A stretch of 64,000 nucleotides of DNA, from NCBI RefSeq assembly GCF_026210795.1, contig NC_089433.1, positions 1,674,001-1,738,000 on the forward strand, in the 5' to 3' direction. Below the pieces are notes generated by a model. That model was not told the DNA's origin. It did no database searches and saw only the letters and a list, made by a program, of their open reading frames with translations. Below, one piece after another: positions 51,896-64,000 of this stretch. The translations under genes and the position numbers were made by a program. Each line of letters starts with the position of its first letter. The stretch's first letter is position 1. Source of the DNA: Rhizophagus irregularis (Eukaryota).

Positions 51896-54800
51896 ATGGA
51901 TGCAGTTTATCTTAGACCTTTTACAAATCCTAAGCGGGTAAAATTAGTATCAACTTGTGATGTTTGTAAAAATCGCAAGGTTAAATGTGATAGAGAACGA
52001 CCAGAATGTGGTACATGTAGAAAGACAAATAGAAAATGCAGTTATACATATGCTGCTCTCACAGAGACAATGCGAGATAAGCAGACTGGAATGAGGGCAC
52101 AAGCTGACACTAATTTTTTTCAAACACAATTAAATTACTTGCAAAAAATGCAGTTTGGACAATTATATGATGAATCAGGTTATTTATCGATGGCTTCGAG
52201 AGGATTTGGGATCGATGTCGATAATAGTCAACATGTTCCTGGAATGTTGGCAAGACCGATGACAATGTCAAACGTTTATGATGGTCCTGTGAGTAATTTT
52301 TTTTGATCTATTTTGTTTTTTTTTTGATGAGTTTATTTTTTTATTGATTTGTGTGATCTCTTTATTCAACGTAGGATGATACCTCAATACTTACCTCTGA
52401 GGTCCTTCAGTACTCTTCTAATATCGTTTCATCCATTCCAAAAGATACTGAACAACAGCAGGTTCATATATATATATATATATTTATTAAAAATAAAACA
52501 CAATATCAAATTTCGACAAAAATTTACCTCTTATTTGCTAATATAACAATTTTTATACTTCAACAGTACGATCCATATTACCTAAACAACGATAATTTTT
52601 CCATGCTCATACAACAGGCACCACAGCTATCTGAAAACTATCTACCTCAAACATCAATACCGCCTCAACAATTCCAAGAGCCTCAGCAATCGCCACACCA
52701 ACAAATGCCACAACAGCCACCTCATCATCAGCCACCCTTACAATTACTTCAACAACAATTACCTCAACAGATACCTCAACGACAACCTCAACAATTTATT
52801 CAACAACGTCGTCATGCGTCAACTGAAGATACCGTAATGGAAGATTTAATTACAAATATCAAGAATATGAACCTTTATGAATCAACACGATATATTGGTG
52901 AAGGTAGTTTGCTAATGCTTGATGAGGATAATATTGGTGAAATGATTATTCCTCAAATGACTAAAGATATATCAGAAGTTGATAAATCGTTAAAGATTTT
53001 ACCGAATGAAGAGACTGCCAGTGAATTAATACGTTTATATTTTAAGGTTTATATTTTATTTAATCGCTTCCAATCAATTAAAGTTTTTAATTCATACAAA
53101 AATTTTTTTTTATTAGCATGTTCATCGATATTTTCCTGCTATTAGAGAAGAAATCGTTTGGAATGTTCATGAAGTTGTTAGGAATGCTCCTGGAAATTTG
53201 TCTAAGCCCCAACATTTGCTCTTGTTGAATTGTATATTCTTTATTGCCTCCCCGTTCCATGATGATCCAGATAAGAAGGATGGGAAAATATATTTTGACA
53301 GAGCCGAAGGTAATATAAATGAGTAAACTTTTATTTGGTTTCATCATTACAATTTTATATTAACATAATGATTAATGTTGAAATAGCTTTACTATATGAA
53401 TATTGTACACAGCCACATGCTCTTACCGTAATGGCCATTATTCTTTTAGGGCAGCATAATAAACAGGTAATTGTAATGTCACAATTTTTTCTTATTTTAA
53501 ATAATATATTTAATAAAGTTTTATTCATCATTCAGATGGGTTCTCGTTGGATATACAATGGAATTGCAACTAAGATGTTATTTGAGCTTGGGTTGCATAG
53601 GAAGTTTATAAAAGTCAAAATGGATAAAGAAGTAGAAAAGATGAGAAATGAAGCATTTTGGATGACTTTTATTTCTGAAAAGTAAGTTACTTTAATTTAC
53701 TTTTTTATTAAAATATTATTAGTTTACTAACACGGTTGATTTTAATTTTTAAGTCTCGTCTCTGCTACTTATGGTCGTCCTAACATGATTGATGAAACGG
53801 ATTGTGACATAGATGTTCCTTCAATGCCATCTAATCAAAATCCAACAAACGAAAAGACTAAACTTGAAATAGCCTATATTTATCTAATAAATCTTAGTAG
53901 GATTTGTGCTAGGGTAAGGAAATATATACATGCTGCATCAAGATTAAGATTTTTGGTGCAAGAGGATGAAAATAAATTTAGAGTTTTGGATGCTGCACTT
54001 GCAAGTTGGTTTAATTCTCTGCCGGATTGGTTGAGATTTGAAAAAATGGTAAAAGATCCTGATGGAATTTTATTAAATGGTATTGGAGGTAAATAATTTT
54101 ATTTAAATTTATTTAGGTAATATTTTTTGTTTATTCGTGTTCTCAAAAACATATTTTTTTTTGTTTGTTATGCAATAGGTGATATACATATCTTCTTCTA
54201 TACTATACTAATTTTACTTCACAGTAGATACATGAAACCTGAAGCACAGTATAGTATTAATACTACAAATTCATCCATAATTTGTATTCAGTCAGCTACC
54301 ATTATCGTTCATTGGCTTGAAATCTTATTAGATAAGCATACGGATTTTTTTAAATTTTCGGTTTCTGGCTCTTTAGCAATTAATCCAGCAATGTGCGTCT
54401 TTTCCTGGCATATTAATAACGAAAGCGAAAATAACAAAAAATCTCGAGACATGCTACAACGTCTAGAAATTATGAAGCTGCAAGTCGATGAATTATCTAA
54501 TGCAGGAAAGACTGAATGTGGTGAACGAAGATTGTTAGGCATAGAAACGAGTAGAGTGGGTAAACATGAAATTAATGCGAGAGATTGGGAAGTATTTATT
54601 CCTGATGATGCTGATGATGAAAAATCAATTAGAAGACAATATAGTTGGATAGCAAGGAAACAAAGTGGAGGAGGACATTTTATGCCTCGCAAACAAAAAT
54701 CAAAGTCACTAAGTTATTCATCATCCATGAATTACACGAAAGGAACTAAAATGCATAATTTTGGTTCAAGATATGATTTCATGGGACAGAAAAATACGCA

Positions 54801-55578
54801 AGAGTTCAATTTTACGTTTAAGACAGATAAAACTTTTAACTTTTCGGCATTTTCTTCTGGACAGAATCTTGATTTGCCACAATTAACAGTAGACGGTATC
54901 ATTGTTGATGAACCTGAGGAATTTGAACATCAAAATAATCAACAATTTGGTTCGCAATATCATACTCCTTTACAACGAACACCTTCACAGCAATCTCCAC
55001 AATTTGAGCCACAACAATTTCATACACCATTGAGTCAATCCCCACAACTACAAGATTATCATCCTTCACAATTACATCATTCATCTCAAGAATATAATTC
55101 TCCATTAGGACAATCACCACATATTTCACCGCATATTTCACCACATATTTCACCACATATATCACATGAAGTAATGGATGCAAAACCTCAACATATTGAT
55201 ACAAGTTTATCACCACAACAATATATTGATCAGCTTGATGATAAGAGCAATGTAAATAATAATGTACCTTGGACACCTCCATTATCTGCACGGCCTCAAC
55301 GATGGAATCATGATGAATTATCTTCTAATACATTAAATGTTACTTCATTACCTGCGGAAAATACAATGTTAACCCCTCCGATGCAGCCACAAGATTTTCT
55401 CTCGGATTCTTTAAATGAATTTGCGGGAGACGAACTTTGGAATATATTACAGAATGAAAATAATTTTGGAACTGCCTCAAAGTACGATAATAATAGTGGA
55501 CATAATAATGATGGTGATGAATATGATTCTGTAGGTTTAGGAATTTCCGTTATGGGAAATAATGATAATATTCAATAA
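51896..55578 (+). CDS. Zn(II)2Cys6 transcription factor with fungal-specific TF (middle homology) domain, multi-exon
   Basis: CDVCKNRKVKCDRERPECGTCRKTNRKCSY; YF.HVHRYFP; LFELGLHRK..MRNEAFWMTFISE..SATYGRP. Confidence 0.9.
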
Positions 55579-56928
55579 CGAAATTAAATTTATCAATTTT
55601 TATTTATCAATTTTTATTTAGACATTTTTATAACTTAAAACGGTTTAATTTTTTTATTTTTATAATGGGTTTATGATCAATATCATCGGGCTGTATTCGT
55701 GATTTCGTGTACAACCTGTGATATGATTACTACCGTGACATGTAAATTAATTATTTTTATTTTATTATTTTTTTTATTTATCGATAATAGATTTTGTATA
55801 TATAATATAAAAAAAATTTATTTCTTTTGACTAAAATATTTTATGTTCGTAATATTATTGTTAATTTATTAATAAACTGTTAAATTGTTAATCAGAATTA
55901 AAAATATTAGTAACTGATTTAACGATTTTCATAATATCAAATAAGTGAAAAATTTAATCACGTATTTTATTATTCCGTCACGTTCCTGAAATACAGTATA
56001 TTACGCTTAATATTCTGGAAAGTCAATAATTCCTTTATTGTCTCACTTGAGAGATAAATTCAACTTTTGAAAGATATGCGATTAGAAAAGAAATATGAAA
56101 CCTGATGCTAGATTTTACCATATTGCAATCAATTTTTTTATTTATTATATGTAATATTGAATTTTCATTGTCTATTTCATAATTTCTCGTACAGTATTTT
56201 CAAAAAATAATATGATTTGCTAGTCTTTTCGTCATTAGCCCTCAGGTTAAAAGAAATTTATTTCGTTGATTCATTGATAAAATAATATATATATATAATT
56301 TCAGAATGGAAAGTTTTAGCTTTTAACATCAAGTTACACAAAACGCATTGACATCATTTAGATATGTAATAATATAAATGCTGGTTCTGAGTAATTGAGA
56401 TCTTTTGATCTTTTTTTTTTTGCCAACATTGTTTTAATTAATTAATACAACACAATTGGTAAATTCTCACCTGTAAGTAATATAAATCATTAGAACATAT
56501 TATCCTGTAACACTAAAGTTAAAGTTTCCCGCATTCACATGGTATTTCTGAACTTCTGAACTAATGGAGGTTTAAATTATTTATAATTTTGTACTCGTGT
56601 TGAGAGACAGAAATACAAATATGAATTAACAAATGATCCTTGTTTATAAAAGAAATTATATTTAATTATTGAAGATAATAGATTCATGAATCAGACATTA
56701 GTCTAATGAAAGTATCGCTGTCAAACTTTTTAAGAGTACTGTAGAACGATGACAAGAATTCTGATTTCTGAGTGATTTCTAACATGTAACCAAAATCTCG
56801 CAAGATCTAATATCGGAAGCGATAAAAATTTTAAATACCCATTACAAACTTACAACTCGTTTTTTGATAATTATTTAGAATTTGTTATTCATCGATCGAA
56901 TTGAACGTGTCGGTATTCGGCTGTTTTG

Positions 56929-57800
56929 TTAGACGGTTTGATTTGAACTATACATGTAGTCGAAACTTGCCGAAAACATGGCCGAATCCTTTGGAGTAAA
57001 TTTATATCCTTTTTCCTGCTCTAATCTATGTTTATAATATAATAATAATTCCTTTAAAATTGTATGATTGTAACTACTACTAGCTTTTTGTGCGCCTCCA
57101 GCTGCTGAAAAAAGCAAGTATCCAATAGGTATTCCCTTATTCTGTTCGTCCAATACTAGTAGAACAAATAATAATATTTTTATTTGAAATACCAAAAGTT
57201 CCGTCCAGATGCAGAATTTTATTATGGCCAAATTCCCATGCTAATTCTCGCTGTTCTTTAGTAGCTAAAACCAATATAAACCGATCATTTAATTCTTTTC
57301 ATGGTTTATAATAAATTGTTGCTTCCATCATTTCATTATCTTTACTATTTGGTCCAAATAATTGGTTTATATTAATTTCTTCAGCTTTTCGCTTATCAAT
57401 TCCCCAAAAATCTTTTATCATTGAATTATGAATATTTATAATATCTTGATTTGGTAATAAATACTTTCATTATCAATTAAAACTTTTCCCCCTAAATGTC
57501 TGTTTACATAGTCCATGTTATCATCAAAGATATGAGAAGGGTTTTTCGTGTTTTTGCTTCTCCTAAGTTAGACTTTTCGTGTTTAAACTCATATCACTTA
57601 CACAGCAGCATTGTAAAACATAAATTCCTTTAGCTTTATCACTATAACGTGTTTTCCATTTATGTTCAGGTAGAATATTTTCTAATATAAGGTTATATTG
57701 TTGTAAAAAAAACTATGGCATTTTCTTGCGTTTTATTACTCCATTGTAAGTTAATAAAGTTTGAAACTGGTAAACTATTAAGATGTTCTTATTGCTTTTG
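56929..57800 (-). pseudogene. Degenerate Mutator (MULE)-like DDE transposase fragment
   Basis: ILHLDGTFGISNK (frameshift) LLFVLLVLDEQNKGIPIGYLLFSA..YNHTILKELL matches the region around the first catalytic Asp of MULE transposases; frames are broken. Confidence 0.6.
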
Positions 57801-58202
57801 AGTTAATATTAAATGTGAACACGTTTAGTGTTTAACGCGTTTAAAAAAAAACTAAAAAAAATGACTATCAACTGTATCAACTGTCCGAACTGAATAAGGA
57901 GTGAGTTGGTGATCGGCTGTGTAACATGTGTACAACCGAATAATTAATAAATACCTTGTGAATGCAAACTGAAATCGTATGAATCACTTTTAATTTTATA
58001 AACTTTTTTTTTTACAATGCTTATATCATTTATATCATTATATCATATTTCGTGTCACAAATTAAGAGTTTATAAAGATCATTCACGATGTATTCAGAAA
58101 AGTATATAAAGTATATATATCTTAGACTTCTCTCAAACTTTTCTTAAACTTTCACAAATTAAATTTTCTTAAAACTTTTCTGAAAAAATTACGGGAAAAA
58201 AA

Positions 58203-60646
58203 ATGATGTTGTCGCTTAATTGTTTGATTCTAGGACATATGAAGATGAAGGAAAATCGTTGGCTCTTCTTGTTGGGTAAGAATAGGAATTATTGAAGCTA
58301 AGACAAAATACGGGCAAAGGCGAATGAATGACTTATCTTTTTTTCTGGTTCTAGATCTGGAAAAACCCGTTCTCTATATGAGCTACTTTGTAAAACATTT
58401 GGAATTTACATTTCATTGAGTGCCGGAAATGGTTCCAAAAACTTGGGATCTCAAGACATGGACATTTCTATTCGTGAATTAGGCCGATACTTAACTGCAA
58501 ATGACCCTGAAATGAACACTATCTATGCACTTAAATTCACTTGTGCCATTTTTCTTGGCCGATTATTCATTTTAAACAAACTTTAATCAAGATTACAATC
58601 GCAATTTTACACCAAAGCAATGGCTTCTGATGCAACTCTTGCCAATACAAATTAGTGGGGAAGACTTCTGGATTGGCATTTCACGTATTTTTCGCGAATT
58701 AAGACTAGAAGATCAGGATGGACTCATTAATACATTTGTTAAGAAATTCCAAACCTTGATCCCTAAGCAAGAGAAGTTACCAATCGTGATTGATGAATCA
58801 CAAGTGGCCATCAATAAGCACGAGAAACATTTTTCCACAACAATTGCAAACGGTCCATTACGACCATTCTTTGCTATCCTGCTTCAGGCAGTACTCAGAC
58901 TCAGCACGGAGAAGTTATGTCTTGTACTATCAGGAACAGGAATGAGTTTTTATGATAATCTCACGAATCATAATAATGTCCCTGCTATCGCTAAATCTGA
59001 TGGTGCCACATATAAGAATTTTTTCAGTATACATGATGGATTTTATAAATGTGATGAAATGAGTAAGTTTATTCAATGTTTCTTACCACTATGACGAACT
59101 GATAAGATCCACATATAATATTTTTCGGAGGCGCCGACGATTTATAATACAGTTTATGGAATCTGCTCTATTAGACTCATCTTTAATGTCCCAGAAATAT
59201 GAATCAAATTGTGAATAATTGGCAAGTTAGAGCAAAAAATTCCATAATTGAATATTTTATGGAATCATGTTTTCCTCGTTTACATGAGAAAAAAGAAGCA
59301 TGGAACAAAGTGCTGGATATCGTGATTCTTAGCATGTTTTCTCGTGATACAAAGATAATTAGAGGAGGCAGAGTTTTAGAAATGGTTCAGTATGGATTTG
59401 CCCAGCTTTGTAGTTTTAAACGTCTGGCAGATCTAAATACACTTCAAAAGGATGCCATTACAGTACAAATAGCAGAGCCGGTTCCCATCCTGGCATTTAG
59501 AGAATATATAAGAAAGCATCCTGAAGTATTTGAGACTAAGGTTGGTTGCCGTAAGTAACGATTATTATATATCAATATACAACCTTTAGTGATTGTAATA
59601 TTATAAACGTAAGCTGTAAATTGGCTGTAAATACTACACCATTGTGGTTAGCTAAAAGATGGTAATTCTGATTTACAACCGTTATATTTACTTGACTTTT
59701 GGTTACGGAGACCAACACTATTTGAGACCTGGTTATATCAAAATCTATCTTCAGTTCATTATAATGCATCATGTGCAGGTTTTCTTTTTAAGCCCTGCTT
59801 GACCATTCCGCTTGCAGAATTATTTAATGCGAAAAGTTGTAAGGAACATGATCTTTTACCAATATAGAGAATATTGATAAGCTGAATTTACTCTCTTATG
59901 AAGCAACTATTCGTAACTTTGATGACCGTAACTCGGCCATATTTAGTTCAAATGGTACTATGAAGGATGGATTCAATCTGCCTGCGTTTCTCAATAATCC
60001 TACTACTGCTTTCTTTATGCCGGAAAAAGAAGCTGGCCCAGATTTGGTGTGCATTGTTGAGTTCCATACTCCAAATGGCATTGTCGAGGTTCCCCTTTTT
60101 CTTCAGGCAAAACTAGTGAAAGACCCACCCGGTGACACAGGAGGTACAACAGATCCGTACCATTTCTATTCTCATGGAAATAAACGAACTGAGTTGAAAG
60201 AGAAGCTAAGAGGTGAAATGCTTGATTGCTTAGAATCAAAGTATTGTAAGGCACATGAGCTCTCGTGGATCCGTTTTCTTGTAGTTTTTCCTGCTGAAAC
60301 TAAACAAAGAACGGTAGCTTCTTATTATAATTATTCAAAAGGTATTGAATCTCTATTGGTCAAGTTTCTTATTATTTGTTGATCTTAATCAATTCTTTGG
60401 TTTATTAATTTTTTTTTTAGCAAATGAACTATTTATTGTAATCGATCCTTCTAATGCCGAACTTTTCTTTTCAAGTTTTGGTCATAATGTGTTGAAAGAA
60501 TTGAAACGTATAGCAGACAATGATAAGCTGGAGTCGGAGGTAAGGTATCATAAAAGTTTATTGATTAATTGTGGTCTTTCCTTTTGTTAAGTGGTACTTG
60601 TTTCCTCTTTTAGCGAGCAACTAAAAAGATTAAAACTAGCGATTAA
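58203..60646 (+). pseudogene. Crinkler (CRN)-like effector pseudogene: truncated header, P-loop NTPase, PD-(D/E)xK REase-like domain
   Basis: Starts MMLSLNCLILG (CRN-header-like). Degenerate Walker A SGSRSGKT, Walker B IVIDESQ, LSGTG, and FFMPEKEAGPDLV..LFLQAKL. Stop/frameshifts at ~58585, ~59092 and later. Confidence 0.65.
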
Positions 60647-60851
60647 GTTACAAATCATTTTTTAACAAACTGTTAAAGTTAATACAAGTGGTAAATCAAT
60701 GTTAAGAGATAGTCTAAACTTAAAAAAAATTACGCATGTGCATGGACTTAATGATGATATAGAATAAAATTTTAATATATCATTCAGATCGCTATACAAT
60801 GGTTTACCTGTATATACTGCGGATATTACAATGATACCAATAACTAGTTTA

Positions 60852-61017
60852 GGTTATAAAGAAACCGTGACATTTTGTCACGATGTACGTAAAAATTGTA
60901 AATGTTGTAACGTGCAAAAAATAAATATATAAGTTCGGATCACTGCGTGATACATGTGAAAAGTTTTCTCGGATAGTAGTTTGATTGTGACATTTTGTTA
61001 CGGTCTTTCATTTAACC
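60852..61017. mobile_element. PIF/Harbinger (Tourist-like) MITE
   Basis: Imperfect ~30-bp TIRs GGTTATAAAGAAACCGTGACATTTTGTCAC / GTGACATTTTGTTACGGTCTTTCATTTAACC, flanked by TTA and TAA. Confidence 0.5.
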
Positions 61018-61522
61018 TAAATTTTCATAAAAAATCACGTGCACGTGAACAATTGTTTACGATTTTGAACAAATTTCGCGTCACGTAAAGTTTGTTGAAT
61101 TCGTTAATTATTTTGTCCTTTTCTCGCTAATTTAATAAGTTCATGTAATTAAGATTTAAAACCATTCGGATTTATTCAAATTGTACGATAGAAGAAATCG
61201 ATTATACTTAGAAAAGAAGATGACGTCATTATGATCTACGTGATGCACAGATGTAAAATTTTAATCAAAAAAAATTTTTTCCCATACGCTCTATAAATAC
61301 TTCATTACTTTATTTCAAAAAACACCGTTAATTAACTTAACGGAAAAAATTAAATTATTTTTTTTAAAAAAAAAAACAAAAACAAAATCTCTCTTTCGAA
61401 ATATTTGGTTGGGTAAGTAAACTAAATAAAGGAAGAGATTTTAGTACAACTTAATGTAAATTCGTGATAATTGATACACTGGAATGTGAATCCTCTTTCT
61501 AATTATATTTGTTTGATTAGTT

Positions 61523-63853
61523 ATGGCTGATTCAATAGAGAGCGAAGGATACTCTATTAAACCTCAAAAACATACACCAGCTTTAGATACATCAGAATGG
61601 CCTTTGCTCTTAAAAGTATGCGATTAAGCGAGCTCAAGTTTATTTTCTCTTCTCTGTAACATTAGGGAATAATTATTTACTAATTCGCGAAAAATCTTGT
61701 AGAATTATGATAAGCTTCATGTTCGTACAGGTCATTATACACCCGTCACTCATGGATGTTCACCACTTAAGCGTGCAATAATTGATTATATTAAGTTTGT
61801 TATCATTCGTGAAATTTTTCATTCTTTTTTGTTTATACAAATCGTTCAGACTAGATTGATAATTAACAATCATTAGATATGGAATAATCAATCTTGATAA
61901 ACCCGCAAATCCTTCATCTCATGAAGTCGTGGCATGGGTACGGCGTATCCTTGAAGTTGAAAAGACAGGTCATAGCGGTACCTTAGATCCTAAAGTAACA
62001 GGCTGCTTGATAGTTTGTGTAGATCGGGCGACTCGTTTAGTTAAATCACAGCAAAGTGCAGGTAATTGTTAGTGAACTAATTTTCGAAATAGACATAAGG
62101 TAAACGTATTTGAACCTTATATAAAATAGGAAAGGAGTATGTGTGCGTAATTCGATTTCACGATGCTCTTGAATCTGCCAAGAAGTTTACACAAGGCTTA
62201 GAAACACTCACAGGGGCTCTCTTCCAACGACCTCCTTTAATTTCTGCTGTAAAACGTCAATTGCGTATCCGTACCGTTCATGAAACAAAGATGATTGAAT
62301 TCGATGAAAATCGACACTTGGGATTGTTTTGGGTAAGCTGCGAAGCAGGAACTTATATCCGAACATTATGTGTGCATCTGGGGTTGATTCTTGGAGTTGG
62401 AGCTCATATGGCAGAACTTCGACGCGTTCGTTCTGGTGCATTGTCTGAGAATGTGAGTGTCACATCAAATTTAGTTCTTGTATTTCTTGTTAATAAGATA
62501 ATTGATTTACATATTTCCTTTAAATTATAGGATGATATTGTAACAATGCATGATGTTTTGGATGCCAAATGGGTATACAAAAATACAAGAGACGGTAATA
62601 AATTTATGACTTCCAACTGTATCCAATTATCCATTTTAATAATTTAATTTAATATTATGTTTCCATTTCTTTATTAGAAACATATCTTCGAAGAGTTATT
62701 CGTCCTCTTGAATCTCTTCTCACGACATATAAGAGAATTGTTGTCAAAGATAGTGCCGTCAACGCCATTTGTTATGGTGCTAAACTAATGATACCAGGTC
62801 TGCTTCGATATGAGGATGGTATTGAGTTAAATGAAGAGATTGTTCTTATGACTACAAAAGGTGAAGCTATTGCTCTAGGTATAGCATTAATGACCACTGC
62901 AGTTATGAGTTCTGTAGATCACGGTATGTATGTTTGTTTATTCGCATATAATTAACATAAAATCAAAATTGAAATCAATATTACTAATTATTATTTTATA
63001 GGAGTTGTCGCAAAAATAAAAAGAGTGATTATGGAGCGTGATACATATCCAAGGGCATGGGGATTAGGGCCCAAGGTTATTGATAGGAACTATATAATTC
63101 ATTCTTGATAAACTTTTGTGGACTTTTAAAATTAATTCAATAACTTGATTAATAGGCTATGGAAAAGAAGAAACTAATTTCCGAAGGAAAATTAGACAAA
63201 TATGGTCGCGTAAATGATAACACCCCTAATTCTTGGAAAACTTCATTTGTAGATCTCAGTGCAGTTGGTACTAAGGGCGATCCCGGTACATCATCATCGG
63301 CCACAGTTCCACCTGCCAATTTAGTTACTGCTGTACCGACTGCACCACCAGTTACATCAGCTCAATCAACGGAAGATCAGGAAGAAGGAACAAGTTTGGC
63401 TAAAAAGGTACTTTTCTTTCTAAAGAAAAAGAAAATATCTCAACAATTATCGTTAACGTTTTTATACAAATGTAGAGGAAAATCGAAGAAGATTCCGATA
63501 TTCCTACAGGAGAGTCAAAATCATCAAAGAAAGAAAAGAAGGCAAAGAAGGTCAAGATTAAAGAGATGTCTACACAAAAGGTAATTTAAAAATTTTTTCA
63601 TATGTTAAGCTTATTTATTTGAAATATTTGCTTATTTGCTTGTACTTCATTACAACAGAAAATGTCAGACGATGAAAAAGTTATTGATGCTGAAGAATCA
63701 TCAAAGGAAAAGCATCTGAAAAAGAAACTTAAGAAAGAAAAAAAGTCTGACGTATCCGAACATGAAACTACAATAACTGTTGAAGGAGAAAAGAAGGAAA
63801 AGAAAAAAAAATCAAAGAAAGATAAAAAAGAAAAGAAATCAAAATCTTCGTAA
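61523..63853 (+). CDS. CBF5: H/ACA ribonucleoprotein pseudouridine synthase Cbf5/dyskerin, multi-exon; 5'-UTR intron at ~61413-61520
   Basis: [74 protein letters not shown] region [17 protein letters not shown]-rich tail. Confidence 0.96.
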
Positions 63854-64000
63854 TTAATAATTATTTTGGGAAATCTTCTAACAGCCGGAATTATATCAGT
63901 CGGCTAAGTCATTATAGGACAAGTCTAGAATATTTAAAAATGATATTTATGCCTTTTTAGATTTACTTTTATTGAAGAAATATTTTTCATTTTAAATTAA

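Overview
Very AT-rich, intron-dense eukaryotic (fungal) DNA. The short GT-AG introns, a U12-type intron, a Crinkler-like pseudogene and a lineage-typical Ig-like/multi-TM protein point to an arbuscular mycorrhizal fungus (Glomeromycotina, Rhizophagus-like); this assignment is an inference. Bases 1-25.7 kb hold a compact block of conserved genes: eIF2B-epsilon, Arp9-like, CENP-S/MHF1, an HSL-family lipase, UBA2, a C2H2 TF, Pol alpha B subunit, a stand-alone SLX4 N-terminal (UBZ-UBZ-MLR) protein, Bir1/survivin and a small membrane protein. Bases 27.5-46.1 kb hold the most unusual feature, an array of ~1.2 kb units with 17 copies of a conserved GC-rich core: 10 on +, 6 on - and 1 degenerate. The array is arranged partly as a ~10 kb palindrome. 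Most units carry paired CCC-N4-GGG boxes, an AT hairpin with a T-run, a TATA box, a hypervariable micro-ORF region (a single-TM micropeptide in several copies) and usually a TCACGTG box. Small non-autonomous DNA transposons are nested in the array. Bases 46.9-64 kb hold a secreted Ig-like/multi-TM protein, a Zn2Cys6 TF, a MULE transposase relic, a CRN-like NTPase-REase pseudogene, a MITE and CBF5/dyskerin. All exon boundaries were read by eye and are approximate.
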